Below are positions 15,918-26,925 of a stretch of 55,920 bases of DNA, in pieces; position 1 is the stretch's first letter, and each line of letters begins with the position of its first letter. The notes under the pieces are model-generated. The model made no database searches and had not been told where the DNA came from. It worked only from the letters and a program-made list of their open reading frames with translations. The stretch lies in IMG/VR virus record IMGVR_UViG_3300003324_000282, positions 1-55,920 of that record, one strand, 5' to 3'. This stretch comes from a virus. Lineage: Duplodnaviria; Caudoviricetes. Position numbers and translations under genes: made by a program.

Positions 15918-17611
15918 TGGCAGACGTAGGCGCACGAATGCTACAAAGGCGCGGTTCTGCTGCTGAGTGGGCCGCAACTAATCCAATTCTTGGTGATGGC
16001 GAAATTGGATATGATCGCGATACAGGACAGATTCGTCTTGGTAATGGTACTGAAGTATGGAACGATCTACCTCGTATTATTAATTCTGATGGTGGTACCT
16101 TTGATGGTGAAGTGGATTTTAATGCAAATATTGGTCTTAAACTAGGTCATGGAGTACGATTTTATTCTCCGGATAACGAAGCCTGGGCAACACTTAATTG
16201 GGATGTTTTAACCCAAAACGGTATTGCTTCAAATTATCCACTTAGAGTTACTGGTAATATCACTGTAGATCGTGCCAATTCTGGTGGAAATACTGTATCG
16301 GTTTCCAAAATTGGCATTGGTTCTTGGGGTGTACTTCAAGACCGAAATGTATCGGGTGATACTACTGGATCCGAATCTTATCGTTCTATGTGGTTGTATA
16401 ATTCATATATAAGTGATATGCCAACAAATACATATCAACAATTTAATCCATGGGGCGAAAAGTTTAAAATTGAGTTAGGAAATGGTAAAGTTTCTATTGG
16501 TTGGCGAGCAGCTGCTGCCGGTGAAAATGATGTTTGGAATGATGGCGGTTGGAGTGAGCCATTTAAAGTTAGTAAAGATGGATCAGTCGAATTACGTGGC
16601 GTTGGTTCCGGTATTGTTCTTCATGGTCGTGATAACGATACCCAGTCGTGGGTTTGGTGGGTCAACGCAAATGTAACTCGTCTATTTTCTAATACTGGTA
16701 ATGTAGATGCATTTATGTTAGATGCCACTGGTCGAGGAATATTTAGAGCTGCAGTAGTAGCTGGTGATCCTGCTACTTCCGGCCAAGTGGTTCTTCATGG
16801 TGGCGATGGCGCTCACTCTGGTTACGTAGAATTTTGGCAACCTAATGGCAACCGTGCTGGTTATATTGGTTATGCACCAAATGGTGCATCCAGTGATCAA
16901 GGACAATTTCTTTATCAAGCTGGACTACATAATTTTGCTGGTCCCGTTAATATGTCTTCTGAACTGGGTATTTATAATGTTCCAATAGTTATTTATTCCA
17001 GTTCCAGTGTTCTTAAAGGCCGCATTACGGTAACCGATATTGCACAATATTTTCAGGTTGCTGATGAACTTCGTATTACGGCACCATTTACCGATACATG
17101 GATGCCACTAAAAGCTGGAGCGGTATACGATAACAATGCTCGAGTATATTCACCTAACAATCCGGCTCCTGGCGATACTCTTACTGCATTCTTAATTGAT
17201 GCTAAGGGTGATCTGATTGTTGGCACAGCTGATAATGCCGCTGCTCGTCTAGCTCGTGGAACAACAGGTCAGGTTCTTGCTGTTCAAGCAGATGGATCAC
17301 TTGGCTGGCAAGCTGGTGGAGGAGGAGCTGTGATTAACCAAACAATTCGAGGGACTGTAACACTAGGAACCACACAATTGGTAATGTCGCCAAGTCTATA
17401 TGGTTCTGCTGTTACTATTCCATCTGTAAATATGGCTAAATCACAATTACGGAATAATGGTTTTAGAACTGCGCAATCATTTACTACTACAACAGGTCCA
17501 TCCAGAAGCTTTGTTACAATGGAAATACATGATCCAATAACGCTTTGGGTTGGAACTTCAGATTCAGGTAGTGCTACATCAGCTGTATATGAAATTACGG
17601 AGTGGACATGA
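15917..17611 (+). CDS. Tail fibre with Mtd_N-like N-terminus
   Basis: QRRG.AAEW...NPIL..GEIGY..DT....LGNG; Gly/beta-rich body; IDAKGDLIVGTADN..RL..GT.GQVL fibre motif. Confidence 0.75.
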   Translation: MADVGARMLQRRGSAAEWAATNPILGDGEIGYDRDTGQIRLGNGTEVWNDLPRIINSDGGTFDGEVDFNANIGLKLGHGVRFYSPDNEAWATLNWDVLTQNGIASNYPLRVTGNITVDRANSGGNTVSVSKIGIGSWGVLQDRNVSGDTTGSESYRSMWLYNSYISDMPTNTYQQFNPWGEKFKIELGNGKVSIGWRAAAAGENDVWNDGGWSEPFKVSKDGSVELRGVGSGIVLHGRDNDTQSWVWWVNANVTRLFSNTGNVDAFMLDATGRGIFRAAVVAGDPATSGQVVLHGGDGAHSGYVEFWQPNGNRAGYIGYAPNGASSDQGQFLYQAGLHNFAGPVNMSSELGIYNVPIVIYSSSSVLKGRITVTDIAQYFQVADELRITAPFTDTWMPLKAGAVYDNNARVYSPNNPAPGDTLTAFLIDAKGDLIVGTADNAAARLARGTTGQVLAVQADGSLGWQAGGGGAVINQTIRGTVTLGTTQLVMSPSLYGSAVTIPSVNMAKSQLRNNGFRTAQSFTTTTGPSRSFVTMEIHDPITLWVGTSDSGSATSAVYEITEWT

Positions 17612-17979
17612 TCACAACTTTTGTTGAATATGATGAGTCTGGTGAAATTTTTCACGTTTGTCAGATTGATACGACAGAGGGTCCTGGAATTATCCCACCA
17701 CCTTTTGATGCATCAGACAAAGAAAAGAAGGCACATTCTGTTCGCGTTCAAATGGCAATTCAAGCTCGAGTAGATCAAACCAAAGCTGAATTGAATACAC
17801 ATCGACAAGCAGGTAAACGTTTATTAGTCGTTCCAGATAATGCAGAAGTACCAAGCCGTGGTATATTTAGAGTAGATCATGCACAAGGAAAAATTATTAA
17901 GAGAACTTCTAACGAATTGGCTAATTGGCGAGCCGCTGAAGAAGCAAAAATTAATTCTCAAAATCCTAATAAACCATAA
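17608..17979 (+). CDS. Hypothetical (possible fibre assembly protein)
   Basis: ATGA overlap with the fibre gene. Confidence 0.6.
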   Translation: MITTFVEYDESGEIFHVCQIDTTEGPGIIPPPFDASDKEKKAHSVRVQMAIQARVDQTKAELNTHRQAGKRLLVVPDNAEVPSRGIFRVDHAQGKIIKRTSNELANWRAAEEAKINSQNPNKP

Positions 17980-17988
17980 GGGGTCATC

Positions 17989-18213
17989 ATGGGTAAAATG
18001 GTAGTGACTGCAACTAATGCAATTCCAAAAAGTTCAACGGCAAATGTGGCCCTAGTTGAAGTCGTAAATGAAGATGATCAAAATTCTACTAATATGATCC
18101 CTACACCAAGAAATGTATCTACTATTAATTTGGTTATTCCTATTGAAAATATTGATCAGTATTTAGTTGGTACTGAATGGAACATGACACTTTCAAAGGT
18201 GACTTCTGTATGA
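17989..18213 (+). CDS. Hypothetical protein
   Basis: ORF with RBS AAGGGG, in operon. Confidence 0.6.
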   Translation: MGKMVVTATNAIPKSSTANVALVEVVNEDDQNSTNMIPTPRNVSTINLVIPIENIDQYLVGTEWNMTLSKVTSV

Positions 18214-18473
18214 ATAACATAGATGAAAAAGATGAATCTTCGACAGTAACTAAAATTAGTCAAACTGCTGTTCTTGAAGTACTAACTAATAAGCTTGAAA
18301 AGAAAATTCTAGATTATAATTTACTTGATCGACACAATACGATATTGGAAGCAATCATTATGGATCGTGATGCCGAAATTTCTGATCTTAAGAAAACTAT
18401 TGCTGAATTGAAGGGTGAATCTATTGGTGAGTTAGATTCAAATAATGAAGAAAAGATTCTAGTTGAATCATAA
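18210..18473 (+). CDS. Hypothetical coiled-coil protein
   Basis: ATGA overlap; heptad-like acidic sequence. Confidence 0.6.
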   Translation: MNNIDEKDESSTVTKISQTAVLEVLTNKLEKKILDYNLLDRHNTILEAIIMDRDAEISDLKKTIAELKGESIGELDSNNEEKILVES

Positions 18474-18488
18474 TGATTAGGAGCCAAG

Positions 18489-18872
18489 ATGGGAATGATT
18501 TCATTCAGATCTCGTGGCTCCACTCAACATATGGAGTCGTTTCTTCGACGAATGCAAACACTTGATATTCGCAGCATTGTTGAACCCTATGCACAGCAAG
18601 GTGTTGAAGCGCTGCGGGCTGCTACTCCAGTAGATTCGGGGTTGGCAGCTCAGTCATGGGGTTATGAAATTGAATCAAATCGAAGTGGTGTTACTATCGC
18701 ATGGACGAACAGCGATATCGAGAATGGTTTCCATGTTGCCGTCATGCTTCAGTACGGTTATGGGACAGGTACAGGCGGATATGTTCAAGGTCGTGATTAT
18801 ATTAATCCGGCCATCAAACCTATATTTGACCAGATAGCCGACGCAGTATGGAAGGTGGTGACCATGTCATGA
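18489..18872 (+). CDS. HK97 gp10-like neck/tail completion protein
   Basis: ATPVDSG...SW, LQYGYGT..GGYVQGRDYINPA pattern. Confidence 0.7.
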   Translation: MGMISFRSRGSTQHMESFLRRMQTLDIRSIVEPYAQQGVEALRAATPVDSGLAAQSWGYEIESNRSGVTIAWTNSDIENGFHVAVMLQYGYGTGTGGYVQGRDYINPAIKPIFDQIADAVWKVVTMS

Positions 18873-21800
18873 GCAGCATTGATGAGAGAGTTGTTGAAGC
18901 TAAGTTTGATAATTCTCAGTTTCAACGCAACATCAAATCTACTCAAGATAGCTTGGATAATTTCAAGAAAAGCTTGAACATGGATGGTGCCACCAGAGGC
19001 ATATCGGGATTAGCTTCTGCTGCGTCTACTGTAGCTAACCGTTTCAACGTCATGCGGGTTGCAGCATACACCGCAGTGGCTACAATTGCGCATCAACTTA
19101 CCATTGCTGGCGAAAATCTGGTTAGATCGTTTACTGTTGGACCACTTATCGATGGTCTACATGAGTATGAAACTCAGCTTAATTCAGTTCAGACGATTCT
19201 TGCTAATACTCAGTGGGAACATAAAAATCTTGATGATGTTAACAAGGCTCTCAATGAGCTGAATCATTACTCGGATAAAACGATTTACAACTTCACCGAG
19301 ATGGCTCGAAACATTGGTACATTCACCGCGGCTGGCGTTGGTCTGGATAAGTCAGTAGCATCTATTAAGGGCATTGCAAACCTTGCTGCTGTTTCTGGTT
19401 CTAATTCTCAGCAAGCGTCCACCGCAATGTACCAGCTTTCTCAAGCTATCTCATCTGGTACCGTTAAGTTGATGGACTGGAATTCAGTTGTCAATGCTGG
19501 CATGGGTGGTAAGGTTTTCCAAGATTCACTTAAAGAGACCGCTCGAGTACATGGTGTCAAAATTGATGAGATGATCAAGAAGGAGGGTAGTTTCCGTAAT
19601 ACTCTCCAGAACGGATGGCTTACATCAAAGATTCTAACTGAGACGCTTAGTAAGTTCACCGGCGATCTGTCTCGCAGTCAGCTCAAGCAGATGGGTTATA
19701 CTGAGAAGCAAATCGACGGCATCATTAAGATGGGTAAGACGGCAACCGATGCCGCTACCAAGGTCAAGACCTTTACCCAGCTTATGGGGACGCTTAGAGA
19801 AGCTGCTGGCTCCGGTTGGGCCAAGACCTGGCAACTTATTATTGGTAACTTCAATCAGGCAAAGCATGTCTGGACTGATGTTTCAAATGTTCTTGGTGGC
19901 ATGATTCAGTCTTCAGCCAAGGCACGAAATAACATGCTTAAAGATTGGGCTGCACTTGGCGGCCGTAAAGCCTTGATTGATGGCATCTCCAATGCTTTTC
20001 ATGCTTTGATGTCGGTGTTGGATCCAATTAGAGATGCATTTCGAGAGATCTTCCCTAGGACAACTGGTGCTCAGCTTGCTGAGATGACAAAGAGCTTCCG
20101 CGATCTGATGGAAAACTTCAAAATAGGAGCAGATACTGCGGACAAGCTTAAGCGTACCTTTGCTGGTGTATTTGCAGTATTTGACATTGGTTGGCAGGTT
20201 ATCAAAGCTGTTGCACATTTCATTGGAGAACTTATCGGTGCCTTCGCAAAAAGCTCCGGAGGACAAATCCTGGAATTCACCGGAAGTATTGGTGATATGC
20301 TTGTTGCATTGGACAATGCTATCAAGAAAGGTCAAGGTCTTACCAAATTCTTTGATGGTTTGGCAAACATGCTTAAACCAATCGTTGCAACATTGGGTAT
20401 TACTAGAATTGCATTAGTTGACATTTTTACTGGTGTGGCAACAGGTGTCAATCAAGCTGCCGGTATTATTCCACGTTTTCTTCATACTCTTGGTAACATG
20501 ATCGATAAGATTCGTGAGTTCTTTAACGGTATGTTCCAAGGTGTGGACTTCGACAATGTCTTGAATCTTTTAAATGCTGGACTATTCACTGGCGTTCTGC
20601 TATTGATACGTAAATTTATCAATCACCTGACTCGAGATAAAGGTCCAGGTCTGATTGAACGTGTTATCAATCGAATTACTCAGCCATTTGAAGATTTAAC
20701 CGCGACACTTCAGAAGATGCAGGCAGCATTACAGGTTGCCACACTTATTCAACTAGCTATTGCAGTTGGTGTTCTTACTGCATCAGTCTTTACACTGTCA
20801 AAGATCAATGCCAAGGATCTATCTAAGTCACTTGCTGCTATTGGCGGTATGTTCGCTGAACTTATGGGCGCTCTATTCTTGTTCAACAAGGTTGGTGGCG
20901 CTAAAGGTCTGTTCACAACCGCTAGTGGTCTTATTCTACTGGCAACCGCTATTAGAGTGCTGGTATCTTCAGTCAAGGCATTATCTGAACTCAGTTGGGG
21001 TCAACTGGCTAAGGGTATTACTGGAGTAACTGCTCTGATCGGTGGATTGATTCTAGCAACTAGGGGTATCGGTAGTAATGCTGCAGGCATGATTCGTGCT
21101 GGTGCCGGACTTATCCTTTTGTCCACAGCGATCAAGGTTCTTGTCAGTGCAGTATCTGACATGGCTGAACTTAGCTGGGGTCAGATGGCTAAGGGTCTGA
21201 CCGGTGTAGCAGCAATGTTGACTGCTCTTGCGTTATTTACCAAGTTTGGTGACACTAATGCCGGTGGGATTTTGCAGGGTGCTGGATTAATTCTCCTTGC
21301 TACTGGAATTAAAGTCTTAGCGAGCGCTGCAACTGACTTTGCCAAACTTAGCTGGGGTCAGATGGCTAAGGGTCTTACTAGTATCTCTGCAATTCTAGTT
21401 GCGTTCAGCTTATTCTCTAAAACTGTGGGTAATCCAGTTTCTTTGGTTGCATCAGGTGCAGCTTTGGTAATGATTTCTGGCTCTATGGTTGTGTTGGCCA
21501 AGGCTATGGATCTATTTTCCAGGTTGGGCTGGGGTCAGATGACTAAGGGTCTGGTCTCAATGGCTGGTGCACTTGCCATTATTACTGTTGCTCTGAATGC
21601 AATGCCTATTACTTCTGCACTTTCTGCTGCTGCATTAGTTGGTATTTCTGTTGCTTTAACTGTGCTTGCGGGTGCACTGAAGGTAATGGGTGATATGAGT
21701 TGGGAGTCTATTGCTAAGGGTTTGATTACTCTTGCTGGCGCTCTTGTTATTATCGCACAAGCGATGCTCGAGATGGAGTTCGCTCTCCCAGGTGCTGCTG

Positions 21801-24445
21801 CATTGTTAGTTGTGTCTGCAGCATTGGTACCTCTTACTGCCGTACTCAAGACGCTTGGCAGTATGGGGTGGGAGAATATTCTCAAGGGACTGGTTGCATT
21901 AGCTGGTGCACTTACTGTTATCGGTGTAGCAGCCCTATTGCTTACCCCAGTTATTCCATCATTGTTCAGTTTGGCTGGGGCTATTACTCTACTAGGTGTT
22001 GGCTTTGCTGCAATCGGAGCCGCGGTATATTTGTTTGCCAGTGGTTTGCAGATTCTAGCTTTATCCGGTGCAGCAGCTGGATCAGCTATCAAGTTGCTGG
22101 TTGAAGATATTGTCAGTCTTCTACCCTATATGGCAAGGGCCGTTGGTACCACATTGGTTCAGCTGTCGCAGGCCATTGTCAAAGCCATGCCGAACTTGAT
22201 TGTGGCAACAATTGCACTTATTGATGGCATGTTGGTTGTTATCAACCGTGAAGGTCCGAAAATCATCAAGACTTTCACCAAGATGATTCTTGAATTGGTA
22301 GATGAGCTGGTTAAGGCTATTCCAAAGATAGCTGCAGCAGCGCTCAAGTTAATGATCGGTATTGTTGAGGCTGTGGATAGGAAAGCACCCACAGTTGTCG
22401 ACAAGATTACACAGATGATTGTCGATATTCTCCATGCAATGGCTCGTAACATGCCAAAGATTGTTGCGGCGGGTACAGAACTTATTGTCTCCTTCCTTGA
22501 AGGTATTGCTGCTCATATGGGCAGAATTGTCAAGGCAGGCGCCGATATTATCATCGCATGGATTCAAGGTATTTCCAAACAAGGTGTTCGTATTGCTAAT
22601 GCTGCCATGGATGCAGTCATTGACTTCGCTAATGGTTTGGCAGATGCAATCGAGAACCATATTGGTGAGTTCCGTGATGCTGGCATGCATCTTGCCTTTG
22701 CAATTGTCGATGGTATGACTTTGGGTCTTGCTTCTAAGGCTAAGTCGGTAGTTGACAAAGCTAAGGGAATTGCTAGTGGTGCATTAAATGGAGCTAAAAA
22801 GATTCTTGGTGTTTTCTCACCATCCAGAGCATTCCATGAGGTTGGTAAGCAATCAGCAATTGGTTTTGCACTGGGTATTGATGATTATGCCAAACTTTCT
22901 GAAGCTGCTTCCAAGAAAATGGCAAATGATGCACTTCAGGGAGCATCTAAAGAGTTTAAGGACGCAGTTAAGTATGTTCTTTTCGATCTGCCGAAGGGTT
23001 TGGTGGGTGGTAAGGACGAGGTCAAACAAACGATTAGTGAAACTCATGATGCCCTTCATGCTGCTGTGCAACAATCACATGAAGACATGCAACAACTTAA
23101 GCAAGATCTACATGAGTTGAAGCAGGGTCGTGACGATGATAGTAAGTCTGTTCGTGATGCTAATCAAGCGGTTGATGATGCAACTAAGAAGTATCATGAC
23201 CTAATAAATGCTAAAAAACAAGACTCAGATGCTATCAAACAAGCTAAGCAAGATATTAGTGATGCCAAAGACAAGTTGAAAGATGCTACACAAGCTCAGA
23301 AGGACCACGAACAAGCTATTAAGGACGATACTGCTGCATTAGAGCATGCTACTGCGGTACATCAACTGGCTAAGGACGCATTTGACCAGTTTAATGCCAA
23401 GATGGATACGCATAAGGCCAAGTTGATTGAACTGAGCAAAGAATACGATGAATACACAGCTAAGATCAATGCGGCTGAACAAGCTCTTCAACAGCAAATT
23501 TCTACTGAACAGAACTACAACGACCAAATTGTTCAGCAGTATAGTTCTTTGCCTGACATCTCAGCTGATACTAGTGTTGAGGATTATACCAACACACTGT
23601 CGGATCAGGTAGACAACACACAAAAGTTTATCGATGATCTGAACACACTTAGAGATCAGTTCAGTCTAAGTGATGACATGTACAAAGAACTCTTGGCTAA
23701 GGGACCAGCGATTCTACCATTTGTAGAACAGTTGTTGTCGGGTGGGCAAGCGGCTGTTGATACGTTGAATAACTTGACAGCTCAGCTGGATACCGAAGCC
23801 AAGACTCTTGGTGACACAGCATCCAAGTCACTTTACCAAGCTGGTGTCGATGCTGCACAGGGTCTGCTTGATGGTCTCAAGAAAGATCAAAATAGGATCG
23901 AAAAGCAGATGGAACACATTGCTGAGGTTATTGCCAAGGCAATCCGTAAGGCTTTGAAGATCAAGTCTCCGTCACAAGTTATGTTGGAAATTGGTCAATA
24001 CGTGGGCCAGGGTCTTGTTGATGGTATGCATTCTATGGAGGGCGACATCGACAAGCAAGGTAACAAGTTGGTGCAGAAGATGAATGCTTATATTAAGCAA
24101 CTTACCGACATGTTAGCTCAAGCAGAAGCCATTACGCCGACAATCACACCGGTATTGGATCTATCTAAGGTTCAGAAGGATGCTGCAAAGATCAGTAGTA
24201 TTGTAGCAAGCCCAATTACAGTATCAACAGCATATTCTAGTGCGAGTCAAGCTGCTGCTGGAGTTAATGCTAATCGAGCCGGAGTGGCTAGTGTAGATGT
24301 GAAACCAGTTGGTACTGTGGTTAGGGATGTTACCTTTATTCAAAACAATACATCTCCGAAGGCTTTGTCATCAGCTGAAATTTATCGAAACACCAATAAT
24401 CAAATTTCACAAGCGAAGGGAGCTCTGGCTAAGAATGTTGCTTAG
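18869..24445 (+). CDS. Tape measure protein
   Basis: ~1858 aa, Ala/Gly/Leu-rich helical; N-terminal tape-measure domain; LSWGQMAKGL repeats; two SPS motifs; ATGA overlap. Confidence 0.95.
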   Translation: MSSIDERVVEAKFDNSQFQRNIKSTQDSLDNFKKSLNMDGATRGISGLASAASTVANRFNVMRVAAYTAVATIAHQLTIAGENLVRSFTVGPLIDGLHEYETQLNSVQTILANTQWEHKNLDDVNKALNELNHYSDKTIYNFTEMARNIGTFTAAGVGLDKSVASIKGIANLAAVSGSNSQQASTAMYQLSQAISSGTVKLMDWNSVVNAGMGGKVFQDSLKETARVHGVKIDEMIKKEGSFRNTLQNGWLTSKILTETLSKFTGDLSRSQLKQMGYTEKQIDGIIKMGKTATDAATKVKTFTQLMGTLREAAGSGWAKTWQLIIGNFNQAKHVWTDVSNVLGGMIQSSAKARNNMLKDWAALGGRKALIDGISNAFHALMSVLDPIRDAFREIFPRTTGAQLAEMTKSFRDLMENFKIGADTADKLKRTFAGVFAVFDIGWQVIKAVAHFIGELIGAFAKSSGGQILEFTGSIGDMLVALDNAIKKGQGLTKFFDGLANMLKPIVATLGITRIALVDIFTGVATGVNQAAGIIPRFLHTLGNMIDKIREFFNGMFQGVDFDNVLNLLNAGLFTGVLLLIRKFINHLTRDKGPGLIERVINRITQPFEDLTATLQKMQAALQVATLIQLAIAVGVLTASVFTLSKINAKDLSKSLAAIGGMFAELMGALFLFNKVGGAKGLFTTASGLILLATAIRVLVSSVKALSELSWGQLAKGITGVTALIGGLILATRGIGSNAAGMIRAGAGLILLSTAIKVLVSAVSDMAELSWGQMAKGLTGVAAMLTALALFTKFGDTNAGGILQGAGLILLATGIKVLASAATDFAKLSWGQMAKGLTSISAILVAFSLFSKTVGNPVSLVASGAALVMISGSMVVLAKAMDLFSRLGWGQMTKGLVSMAGALAIITVALNAMPITSALSAAALVGISVALTVLAGALKVMGDMSWESIAKGLITLAGALVIIAQAMLEMEFALPGAAALLVVSAALVPLTAVLKTLGSMGWENILKGLVALAGALTVIGVAALLLTPVIPSLFSLAGAITLLGVGFAAIGAAVYLFASGLQILALSGAAAGSAIKLLVEDIVSLLPYMARAVGTTLVQLSQAIVKAMPNLIVATIALIDGMLVVINREGPKIIKTFTKMILELVDELVKAIPKIAAAALKLMIGIVEAVDRKAPTVVDKITQMIVDILHAMARNMPKIVAAGTELIVSFLEGIAAHMGRIVKAGADIIIAWIQGISKQGVRIANAAMDAVIDFANGLADAIENHIGEFRDAGMHLAFAIVDGMTLGLASKAKSVVDKAKGIASGALNGAKKILGVFSPSRAFHEVGKQSAIGFALGIDDYAKLSEAASKKMANDALQGASKEFKDAVKYVLFDLPKGLVGGKDEVKQTISETHDALHAAVQQSHEDMQQLKQDLHELKQGRDDDSKSVRDANQAVDDATKKYHDLINAKKQDSDAIKQAKQDISDAKDKLKDATQAQKDHEQAIKDDTAALEHATAVHQLAKDAFDQFNAKMDTHKAKLIELSKEYDEYTAKINAAEQALQQQISTEQNYNDQIVQQYSSLPDISADTSVEDYTNTLSDQVDNTQKFIDDLNTLRDQFSLSDDMYKELLAKGPAILPFVEQLLSGGQAAVDTLNNLTAQLDTEAKTLGDTASKSLYQAGVDAAQGLLDGLKKDQNRIEKQMEHIAEVIAKAIRKALKIKSPSQVMLEIGQYVGQGLVDGMHSMEGDIDKQGNKLVQKMNAYIKQLTDMLAQAEAITPTITPVLDLSKVQKDAAKISSIVASPITVSTAYSSASQAAAGVNANRAGVASVDVKPVGTVVRDVTFIQNNTSPKALSSAEIYRNTNNQISQAKGALAKNVA

Positions 24446-25286
24446 GTCGATTGACGCCATAAATAGTCGGGGCTTCATGTTAGCATTGTCGCTTGAAGAT
24501 ATTTCAGCCGGTTACGTAGTAAAGAAGATTGAGGGTCTAGACCCAGTAAAAGCAACTTTGGTTTCGTCAAGCTTTGCAAATCAGGATGGTGAACAATATC
24601 ATTCTAGTCGTCGAGTTCCTCGAAACATCAAAATTAAGCTGGGTCTAGAACCCGATTATAGTGTTCAGGGTGTAAAAGAACTTCGTGATCAACTATATAA
24701 CTTTTTCATGCCTGAGAATCCTATTACATTAGGGTTCAATTTGTTTGATAAATTTGCAGTTAGTGTGTTTCTTGATGATTTGAAAGTTCAGATTCCCGGA
24801 CGAATTGAGTCCTTTGACTCTGACATGTTTACTCAAGATCCAGAAGTAGATATTTCGATTATGTGTTTTAATCCGGATTTTTTCGACCCCATTCCAGTTG
24901 TGTTTTCGGGTGTCACCGTTGCTGATCTTACTCAAACAATATTGACATATATTGGAACAATTGATACCGGGGTTACTTTTACTTTGACTTTTGATAGAGA
25001 TGTTAATCAGTTTACTATCTATCATCAGCCGCCTGATAATACAATGAAAACTGTTGATGTTGCATATCCATTTCTAGCTGGGGATACTTTTAAGATTACA
25101 AGTATTGTCGGTTCAAAAAGTGTCCGTTTAATCCGAGACGGGGTTGAAACTTCTATTCTTTATGCTCAATCACCCCAATCAGCTTGGCTTGAACTTCAAC
25201 CTGGTGATAACAATCTTAGAGTGTATGCGGAAGGAGCCCCGATACCATACACAATTGAATACACTAACAAGTATGGAGGACTCTAG
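24435..25286 (+). CDS. Distal tail (Dit-like) protein
   Basis: Directly after tape measure; IEGLDP, DG......R..RNI, WLELQPGDN C-terminal pattern. Confidence 0.8.
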   Translation: MLLRSIDAINSRGFMLALSLEDISAGYVVKKIEGLDPVKATLVSSSFANQDGEQYHSSRRVPRNIKIKLGLEPDYSVQGVKELRDQLYNFFMPENPITLGFNLFDKFAVSVFLDDLKVQIPGRIESFDSDMFTQDPEVDISIMCFNPDFFDPIPVVFSGVTVADLTQTILTYIGTIDTGVTFTLTFDRDVNQFTIYHQPPDNTMKTVDVAYPFLAGDTFKITSIVGSKSVRLIRDGVETSILYAQSPQSAWLELQPGDNNLRVYAEGAPIPYTIEYTNKYGGL

Positions 25287-26911
25287 TGGAGATATATGTC
25301 CTCGACAGTCTTTTCCGTCGGATGGAAGTTGTGGATTTGTATGAGTCAATGATCTGGACAGAGAGATTTGCTGAGATTGGGGATTTTGAGCTTGATCTCA
25401 AGTCTACTCTCGCAAATCGTAGCTTGTTTACTACAGGTACTCGTCTGGCGATCAACAATTCACATCGAGTCATGAGGGTTGAGACTGTCGAGGATACCTC
25501 CGATAGTGATGGTAAATTAATGCTTAAGATCAAAGGGCGATCAATTGAAACTGTCCTCGAAGATCGAGTGGCTAAAGAATCTATGTCAGATACTACTACG
25601 GAACCAAAGTGGATTCTAACGGGTACACCAGATGAAATTGCCAATGAGATGTTCGATCATATTTGTCGTAATGGTGCACTTAGTCTAGCTGATGTTATTC
25701 CATTCTTGATGCCTGGAACATTTCTAGCAGATGATACAGTGCCAAAGTCTAGTACTACTATTGTCTGGGAACAAGAACCAGATTTTTTGTACAACGCAAT
25801 TAAGAATCTAGTTGATCTTTATGATCTAGGTTTCCGGTTGGTACGAAATTTCGATACCTCTCAGCTATATTTTGACATCTATTCTGGAATTGATCGCACT
25901 TCTCGACAGACAATTTTAGCTCCGGTGATCTTTTCACCAATGCTTGACAATTTACAGAATACCACTGAGTTCACCACAGTTCAAGATAGTAAGAACGTTG
26001 CGTATGTGTTCTCTCCTGCTGGATTTGAAATCGTCTATGGAGAGAATGTTGATCCAGACACACAAGGTTTTGAACGGCATGTGTTGGTGGTCAATGCTAC
26101 GGATGTTACTATTGATAATCCTGATGTTAGTGGTGCACTTATTCAGCGTGGTACAGAAGAACTTTCAAAAGCCAGAGGTAAATCATATTTCGATGGTGAA
26201 CTCAACCAAAATGGTGAGTATATTTATGGAATCGACTACAATGTAGGCGATCTAGTTGAAATGCGAAATGTCGATGGTATTATCACTTACAAACGAGTAA
26301 CTGAACAAATATTTGTTTGTGATGCTGAAGGTGAGCGTTCTTACCCGACTCTAGTCGAAGACATGTTCGCAAATACCAATACTTGGTTGTCGTATGACAA
26401 TAAGCCTACTACTTGGGCTGATTTCGACTACATGAGTTATATTTATCCAAGCATAACAAACACCACGGATCTGCTTAAGCTTGCTGATGGTGTAACTTTG
26501 AATTTAATAAGTGGTACTAGATTCTGGTGGGAAGACAACACTACAGATATTCGTGCTCTTTTAAACCCGGATGGGATAACAAGAAGAGCTGCTATTTGGT
26601 ATGATCCTGGAGTTGTTCATTTTCAACTCAACTTTGTTAATGCTTGGTCTGGAATATTGCGAATGTATGCTGTTGACTGGGATAGTGCTAATCGACGTGA
26701 AACCTTTACCGTAACAGATAGTATTGGCACTAGCTCACAATCGATAACTAGTTCATTTCATGACGGTGTGTGGGTAGAGTTTCCGGTTGAAATTAACGCC
26801 GGCGGAATTTTGGATGTCTCAATATCTAATGATGCTGCCGGTAATGCTGTTATTTCAGGTATATTCCTGGACGATGGAAACGAATCTGTCACTTGGGCTG
26901 ATATGGAATAG
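25286..26911 (+). CDS. Baseplate hub/minor tail protein (ReqiPepy6 gp37-like) with inserted C-terminal domain
   Basis: YESMIWTERF...GDFEL, YGIDYNVGDLV motifs; position after Dit. Confidence 0.8.
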   Translation: MEIYVLDSLFRRMEVVDLYESMIWTERFAEIGDFELDLKSTLANRSLFTTGTRLAINNSHRVMRVETVEDTSDSDGKLMLKIKGRSIETVLEDRVAKESMSDTTTEPKWILTGTPDEIANEMFDHICRNGALSLADVIPFLMPGTFLADDTVPKSSTTIVWEQEPDFLYNAIKNLVDLYDLGFRLVRNFDTSQLYFDIYSGIDRTSRQTILAPVIFSPMLDNLQNTTEFTTVQDSKNVAYVFSPAGFEIVYGENVDPDTQGFERHVLVVNATDVTIDNPDVSGALIQRGTEELSKARGKSYFDGELNQNGEYIYGIDYNVGDLVEMRNVDGIITYKRVTEQIFVCDAEGERSYPTLVEDMFANTNTWLSYDNKPTTWADFDYMSYIYPSITNTTDLLKLADGVTLNLISGTRFWWEDNTTDIRALLNPDGITRRAAIWYDPGVVHFQLNFVNAWSGILRMYAVDWDSANRRETFTVTDSIGTSSQSITSSFHDGVWVEFPVEINAGGILDVSISNDAAGNAVISGIFLDDGNESVTWADME

Positions 26912-26925
26912 CGAAGGAGGTTGAT

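Noticed and set aside
3307-17611. Diversity-generating retroelement suggested by Mtd_N domains
   Set aside because: No reverse transcriptase motif and no template/variable repeat pair seen; Mtd_N is only the anchoring domain
20985-21560. Repeats of AGCTGGGGTCAGATGGCTAAGGGT in the tape measure gene
   Set aside because: Ordinary tape-measure protein repeats (LSWGQMAKGL)
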